Origin: Alphaproteobacteria bacterium
Lineage (GTDB): Bacteria; Pseudomonadota; Alphaproteobacteria; RF32; CAG-239
Direction: 5' to 3'
NCBI GenBank assembly: GCA_017467515.1
Contig: JAFUSU010000004.1
Span: forward strand, 621 to 64,620
Length of the DNA: 64,000 nt
Part shown: positions 59,050 through 64,000 of the stretch, one piece after another
Position numbering within the stretch: position 1 is the first letter of the stretch
Layout: each line of letters begins with the position of its first letter
Translations under genes and position numbers: made by a program
Notes under the pieces: generated by a model
The model's database searches: none
Told to the model about the DNA's origin: nothing
What the model saw: only the letters and a program-made list of their open reading frames with translations

Positions 59050-61743
59050 ATGCATAAACGGATATTTGTTAAGGTGACGATTCTTAGCGCAATCGGTGTT
59101 TTAGGCTTTATCTCTCCGAGTTCGGCAACGTGGCCGACACTTGATATGTCTGCTATCCAGCCGACAATACAAAATGTACAACAAGAGGTACAATCAGTTA
59201 AGCAACAAATTGAATCCTGTAAAGAGTTACAAAAAATTAAAACAGCTATCGGGGATGCCAAAGAAGCGGCTAGCAAATTTAATGAAGATGTTGTTCAAAA
59301 GGCTAAAAAAGAAGCAGAAAAGATAAAAAAAGAAGCAGAGAAAGTAAAAAAGATTCAGGACGATATCAAAAAAGCCAAAGAAGAGTATGAAAAGAAAAAG
59401 AAAGAATTTGCAGAATATAAGCAAAAACTGGAAGAAACAAAAGCCGCTGTTGACAGTAAAATCAAAGAAGCTCAACAAATGGCATCAGATGCCCAATCTG
59501 CAGTAGAAGGAGCAAAGGGCTTAGCATCGCAGGCAATAGCAGATGCCCAATCTCAAGTCGGTTCTGTGACATCAGATATCAGTGGGACTGTAGGAGCTGT
59601 ACAAAACAGAGTTAGCAATATCTCTGCATCGCATACAGAATCAACGGTTGATCAAAGAAGTAATGTCGGAGGAAATGTTGCTTTACCTCAAAGCAGAAGG
59701 GGAGAAATTCCATCCGGTACCGCTAATGACTTTTCCCGCACGTCTTTTAATTTGAGTGGAAACGGAGAGGCTGATGTCGGTCAAGTCGTAAGCCCTATTC
59801 AAAATAGAACAGGAGGCACAGCTCCTGCCGGCGTAAGTATGAGAGAAAGAGCAGAGGAATATGCGATGCCTTTATCTGTCCGAGAGAGCTTTGTACAAGA
59901 GGATATCCTTGCAGAACCGGCAGGTATTACTCAAGAAAGTAAAGAAGATAAAATTGTTAACCCAGAGATAGAGGCAGAGGTTGAAGATATTAAAAGAATA
60001 GCCTCAGAACAAGGGACAGACGTAGCGACAAGGCTGTTAAAAACATCTATAGATGAAGCTGTCAGAAATAAGGATATTGCCAGACTTGATGCACTCTCTA
60101 AAATAGAAACAAGTGACATTATTAATTCAAACAGCAAAAGATATGAAGAAACATCGGTAAAAGCAGAGGGAAGAAGAGCCTTCAGTAGTCCGATAGAAGA
60201 AATGAGTGTTGAAAAATTGAAAAAACAAGCGCTGGAAGCTAAAGAAAATCTTCGTCCGACAGTAGAGGAAAAGGTAACAACACCGGAAACAAAGCCGATT
60301 TCAGAATTTAAGGTGCCAGCAAAGACAATAGAAAATGTTGAAAAAGCAATAATACCTGCTCGTGAGCAAACAATAACAAATGCTCCGGTTGTGAGCAAAG
60401 TGCAAGCTGTTCGACCTCAAAATGTTGAGGTTCCTTCGCCCCTAAAAGCTCCGATTCAGGGTTTGCAGGAAAGAAAACCTTTTACGATGCCGACATCGGA
60501 CTTGGAGAAAAATTCATTTTTAATTGAGGAAAAAAAAACAGCACCAAATCGTAGCAAATTAAGTTTCGCCGATACATTGCGTTTTGCAAGTATAACCGGA
60601 GGAGAATGTACGGATTATAATAATGTTATTCAAACCAAAGACGGAACGGTTATTATTATTCCTGAACTTTTGGCAAAAGAATGTTGCCTGAAAGCTGAAA
60701 ATTTAACGGATTTAAATTTAATTCGCGATTGCGCAAAGAAGCTGGTAATAGAATCAAAGGGATTATTGGAAATTGACGAAGCAAGTTTGGAAAATTGCGG
60801 AGGAGAAGGAATTTATGATGCTTCCTCGGAACAATGCCTCACGCGTACAGATACTATGTTGGGACAGGAAAAATTAGGCGTTTATAATGAGATTGTTGCA
60901 CAGCAAGGTGCAAATGCGGCAGCAGAGGGGATAATAGACAAAGCAAAAGCCAGCAACTATGTTAAAGATTTTTTTGAACCTTATAAAGAAAAAATAGCTA
61001 AAATTCAAAGTAAGGGGGGAGGCGATACGTCAGGATCATCAAACAAAGATGCGACCTCTCTTTTAACTTTGACAAATCAACAAATGATGTATCTGTTGAA
61101 TATGATCAGAAGAAATTACACCACGACACTGGCGGATATATCGTTACGAGGTCTGGGGTCTGTTACGGAAAATGCTGTATTGGAAGATGAAAAAGGGGTA
61201 AATAGCACTCAAGAGTACGGTAATACGGTTGTTCGTCAGGAAGATGCCGTGGTAGAATATCCTATTTTGCCGGAAAACATAGCAATAAAGTGCTCAATTA
61301 AAGCAAAAGAATTGGGAGAAGATGGTTTTAATCAAATTTCACAGGCAGATCCGGCAATAACATCTTTGGCAGACTGTTACCGTCAGGTTGTTAAAGATAT
61401 AAATGTCACCAATGAAACAGAAATTGATGAGGCTCAAAAATTTATGCAATTGACGCAGTATCAGGAAAATTTAAATACCTTGGAAAAGGCACTTTATCAA
61501 AAGGTAAAAAGTTCAAAGTACGAGGAAACGCTTGATAATGCGGAAGAAACAAATAACAATGCAACAACTACCAGAAAAGGCTATTCGGCTCTGTTTCAAA
61601 CAGAAACGGAATTGGCAAGAATTGCAGATGACATGGTAAACGTTTATGCCAGTAAATTAACTTACACAGCCATTAAAGCTTTATCAAAATTAGAAACGCC
61701 GACAACGCCTTCAATTCAGAAAACCGGTGGAACGGAGGGATAG
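59050..61743 (+). CDS. Secreted coiled-coil protein, paralog A (about 897 aa) with a Cys-rich C-terminal domain
   Basis: Signal peptide MHKRIFVKVTILSAIGVLGFISPSSA from the ATG at 59050. Lys/Glu/Ala/Gln-rich helical N-terminus. Conserved block EIEAEVEDIKRIASEQGTDVATRLLKTSIDEAVRNKDIARLDALSKIE shared with paralog B. Cys-rich region CTDYNN...CCLKAEN...CGGEG...C. Confidence 0.6.
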   Translation: MHKRIFVKVTILSAIGVLGFISPSSATWPTLDMSAIQPTIQNVQQEVQSVKQQIESCKELQKIKTAIGDAKEAASKFNEDVVQKAKKEAEKIKKEAEKVKKIQDDIKKAKEEYEKKKKEFAEYKQKLEETKAAVDSKIKEAQQMASDAQSAVEGAKGLASQAIADAQSQVGSVTSDISGTVGAVQNRVSNISASHTESTVDQRSNVGGNVALPQSRRGEIPSGTANDFSRTSFNLSGNGEADVGQVVSPIQNRTGGTAPAGVSMRERAEEYAMPLSVRESFVQEDILAEPAGITQESKEDKIVNPEIEAEVEDIKRIASEQGTDVATRLLKTSIDEAVRNKDIARLDALSKIETSDIINSNSKRYEETSVKAEGRRAFSSPIEEMSVEKLKKQALEAKENLRPTVEEKVTTPETKPISEFKVPAKTIENVEKAIIPAREQTITNAPVVSKVQAVRPQNVEVPSPLKAPIQGLQERKPFTMPTSDLEKNSFLIEEKKTAPNRSKLSFADTLRFASITGGECTDYNNVIQTKDGTVIIIPELLAKECCLKAENLTDLNLIRDCAKKLVIESKGLLEIDEASLENCGGEGIYDASSEQCLTRTDTMLGQEKLGVYNEIVAQQGANAAAEGIIDKAKASNYVKDFFEPYKEKIAKIQSKGGGDTSGSSNKDATSLLTLTNQQMMYLLNMIRRNYTTTLADISLRGLGSVTENAVLEDEKGVNSTQEYGNTVVRQEDAVVEYPILPENIAIKCSIKAKELGEDGFNQISQADPAITSLADCYRQVVKDINVTNETEIDEAQKFMQLTQYQENLNTLEKALYQKVKSSKYEETLDNAEETNNNATTTRKGYSALFQTETELARIADDMVNVYASKLTYTAIKALSKLETPTTPSIQKTGGTEG

Positions 61744-61747
61744 CAAG

Positions 61748-63505
61748 ATGAGCAAAAAATTTGTTATGGTTATCCTTTCTTTGATGGTTGCTTTTTCTCT
61801 ACCTGCCCAAGCGGATATTGAATTTGTGCAAAAAGTTATGGGTAAAGCAGAAGGTGTTCAAAAAAAAGCAACGGCCGCTCAAGAAAAAATAATGGCCTAT
61901 AAAAAGAAAATGGAAGATTATGCCAAAAAGGCTAAAGGCTATATAAGTGATGCACAATCAATGGCTAATGAAGTAAAAGGAGCCATAAATGACGTGCAAT
62001 CAATGGCTAATGCCGCATTGAAAGGAGATTTTTCTTCTTTGAGTGTTATTCCGTCAGACTTAAAAACGGCTATGGCAGATGTCAAAAAAATGAAAGATGA
62101 TGTTAAAAACAAAGTTAATGACGCTAAACAGATGGCTGCCGATGCTAAAGCTGCGACCGAAGGGGCAAAGGCTTTGGCAAAACAGACGGTTGAAGATGCA
62201 AAATCTCAAGTCAGTAGTGTTAAAGATGCTACCCAAGGGGCCGTAAATTCTGTTCAAAATACAACAAAGGAAGTAACCGGATCATCTTTAAATAATGGTT
62301 TGCCAAAAACAGAGCGCACCGGTTCTTCCCCAATCTCAACGGTATCTGTTCACAATAACATAGCATCAGGACCAATACAATCTGTTACGAATACGCCGGT
62401 TAAAGCAACAACGAGAGAAAATATTTTTCCGGTAACAAATAACGGTATTAATAACATATCGACGGCGACTGTCAGAACAGATGTTGCAGTTCCAAGAATA
62501 ATCGGCCAAGAACAGCAAAGTCAAGTTGTTGCAGAAGGTATTTCCGGTATATTAAGCCCTGCTTCCGAAAAAATTGCGGAAGAAAAAATACCTCTTGATA
62601 CGGAAATTAAAGCAGAAATAGATGAAATAAAGGCAACAGCCAAAGAACAAGGTGTTGAAGATGCCAGAAAACTACTGGAGATTTCAATCGATGAAGCAAT
62701 CAAAAATGAAGATACTGCGAGATTGGATGCCTTATCAAAAATAGAAAAAGAAGATATCCTCAATGCCGGCAATAACGAGAATAAAACAGGTGGAAGAAGA
62801 GCCTTTACCAATTCGGCGGAAAACATCGCAATAGAGGGGCTGATAACAGAAGCAAAAGATGCAAAAGAAAAATTGCGTTCGGTTGCTCCGGAAAGCACAT
62901 TGAAAGTGCCTCAAAAAATAGAGCCTGAAATTATCGGAATAACAGAAAAAGTGTCAACACAAGAGCGTTCCCTTTCCGGTAAAAAAGAAATTGCACCTGT
63001 TAAGACGATGCCAACACAGGAGATCAAAGGTCCTTTGCAAAAAAATTCTTTTCTGTTTGAAAAAGATAAGCCTCTGCGGGTGAAAACATCTTATAGCGAA
63101 ACGTTGAAATTTGCCGATGAAGCAAGTGATGTTCCTGATTCGGAAGATACTTCTGCGGCTGTAACGGCAACGCTTCTTCCTGTTGAGAGTTCCGGAGATT
63201 CTGTTGAACAAGCAAAAACGGCTAAAGAAAAAATTCAGGAATATATGCGTGATGAGTTGACAGCCCTCTATGCAACAGGTTTTACCGTTCGCACCAATAT
63301 GTTGAAAGAAGCTGATAACAGAGATATCGATATGGAAGCTGAAGATCAGATGTGGCAGGAAACAATTCTCAAAGCAGAAGAATGTATTACCAGAATTGCA
63401 AAATTTCACGTTATTGAAGCAATGCTGTCGTCTTATAAATATTCCGAATCTTTGCAGGATTTGGTTGTAAAACAAACAGAAGAAGCTGAAAGCGAAGGTG
63501 AGTAA
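61748..63505 (+). CDS. Secreted coiled-coil protein, paralog B (about 585 aa)
   Basis: Signal peptide MSKKFVMVILSLMVAFSLPAQA. Same N-terminal helical repeat style and the conserved DTEIKAEIDEIKATAKEQGVEDARKLLEISIDEAIKNEDTARLDALSKIE block. Confidence 0.6.
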   Translation: MSKKFVMVILSLMVAFSLPAQADIEFVQKVMGKAEGVQKKATAAQEKIMAYKKKMEDYAKKAKGYISDAQSMANEVKGAINDVQSMANAALKGDFSSLSVIPSDLKTAMADVKKMKDDVKNKVNDAKQMAADAKAATEGAKALAKQTVEDAKSQVSSVKDATQGAVNSVQNTTKEVTGSSLNNGLPKTERTGSSPISTVSVHNNIASGPIQSVTNTPVKATTRENIFPVTNNGINNISTATVRTDVAVPRIIGQEQQSQVVAEGISGILSPASEKIAEEKIPLDTEIKAEIDEIKATAKEQGVEDARKLLEISIDEAIKNEDTARLDALSKIEKEDILNAGNNENKTGGRRAFTNSAENIAIEGLITEAKDAKEKLRSVAPESTLKVPQKIEPEIIGITEKVSTQERSLSGKKEIAPVKTMPTQEIKGPLQKNSFLFEKDKPLRVKTSYSETLKFADEASDVPDSEDTSAAVTATLLPVESSGDSVEQAKTAKEKIQEYMRDELTALYATGFTVRTNMLKEADNRDIDMEAEDQMWQETILKAEECITRIAKFHVIEAMLSSYKYSESLQDLVVKQTEEAESEGE

Positions 63506-64000
63506 TGAGAAAACGGATTTCTTTAACAGCTTTGATGTTTTTTAGTTTGTTCTCTTTTGTCGTTCAGGCGATGCCTAAAATAGACGCCGCTAAAATAGTG
63601 CAAAAAGTGCAGGAAGAGGTTGGAAAAGTTCAAGAGGAAGCGCAAAAAATTCAAACGCAACTTGGAAATATGAAGCAACTTCAGCAAATTCAAGGAGCGA
63701 TGGAAGAAGCAAAAAAAATGAAAGGAAAAATAGACAGCGCTAAGAAGACGGTTTCCGATGTTCAAAAAAAAGTTGGAGAAGTTCAGCAAGGTGTCGCAGA
63801 TGCACAAAAAGCGGTTGCCGATGCTCAGAGTTCTGCAACCGGAGCACTGGGCGATATACAAAACGGTCTTGGCGGAGCCGGAGCTCAACAATTGTTGGCA
63901 TTGCAAACAGAACAAGCTCAAGCACAACAAAACCTGACGAATGATTTACAAGCTCTTGATGATGAAATGACAGCACAGATTAAACCGCTTGAAGATAATC
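63505..64000 (+). CDS. Secreted coiled-coil protein, paralog C (5' partial; runs off the window)
   Basis: ATG at 63505 overlaps the TAA of paralog B (TAATG). Signal peptide MRKRISLTALMFFSLFSFVVQA. Open frame to position 64000 with the same VQ..V..AQK helical repeats. Confidence 0.55.
   Translation, partial: MRKRISLTALMFFSLFSFVVQAMPKIDAAKIVQKVQEEVGKVQEEAQKIQTQLGNMKQLQQIQGAMEEAKKMKGKIDSAKKTVSDVQKKVGEVQQGVADAQKAVADAQSSATGALGDIQNGLGGAGAQQLLALQTEQAQAQQNLTNDLQALDDEMTAQIKPLEDN

Noticed and set aside
59050-63505. Interpretation of the post-VirB4 genes as VirB6 paralogs (as in the Rickettsiales rvh system)
   Set aside because: VirB6 proteins are polytopic membrane proteins. These have only a cleavable signal peptide and long soluble coiled-coil regions.
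59227-63930. Multiple antisense ORFs (59227..59478, 59931..60398, 62521..62898, 62954..63475, 63523..63930, 63740..63976) opposite the coiled-coil paralog genes
   Set aside because: Reverse-complement reading of K/E/A-rich coiled-coil codons gives long F/L/S-rich open frames by chance. All lie inside the signal-peptide-bearing + strand genes.

Overview
This 64-kb window appears to be chromosomal DNA from a low-GC Gram-negative bacterium (roughly 38-40 % GC by eye). The gene order looks alphaproteobacterial and Rhizobiales-like: rpsT-dnaA with an enoyl-CoA hydratase and mutM upstream; SRP RNA-dnaX-ybaB-recR; rsmI/yraN divergent from an lpoA-like lipoprotein; accD/lapA-like/ihfB/rmuC/accA; yejA-yejB. 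The first ~40 kb is mostly housekeeping genes. Within it are TPR membrane proteins, a Lon-like protease, a 1164-aa unknown protein between recR and dnaJ, and a convergent, uncoupled dnaJ/dnaK pair. After a tRNA-Arg(CCT) gene come two tandem diverged GH13 alpha-glucosidase-like paralogs, an M20 peptidase and an SH3b protein. From ~46 kb to the window end there is an ~18-kb co-directional cluster with many overlapping start/stop codons. It has the gene order and sizes of the IncI1 R64 / PAPI-1 type IVb thin-pilus module: a PilL-like lipoprotein, a PilN-like lipoprotein secretin, PilO- and PilP-position proteins, a GspE-family ATPase, a GspF-like platform protein and a pilin-like gene. Instead of pilT/U/V it continues with a VirB3-like/VirB4-like type IV secretion ATPase pair, then at least three paralogous secreted coiled-coil proteins that run off the window. 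I do not recognise this secretin + GspE/F + VirB3/VirB4 fusion as a described system, and it is the main finding. No rRNA, CRISPR, integrase, transposase or IS element was recognised. All calls rest on motif-level reading without tools.
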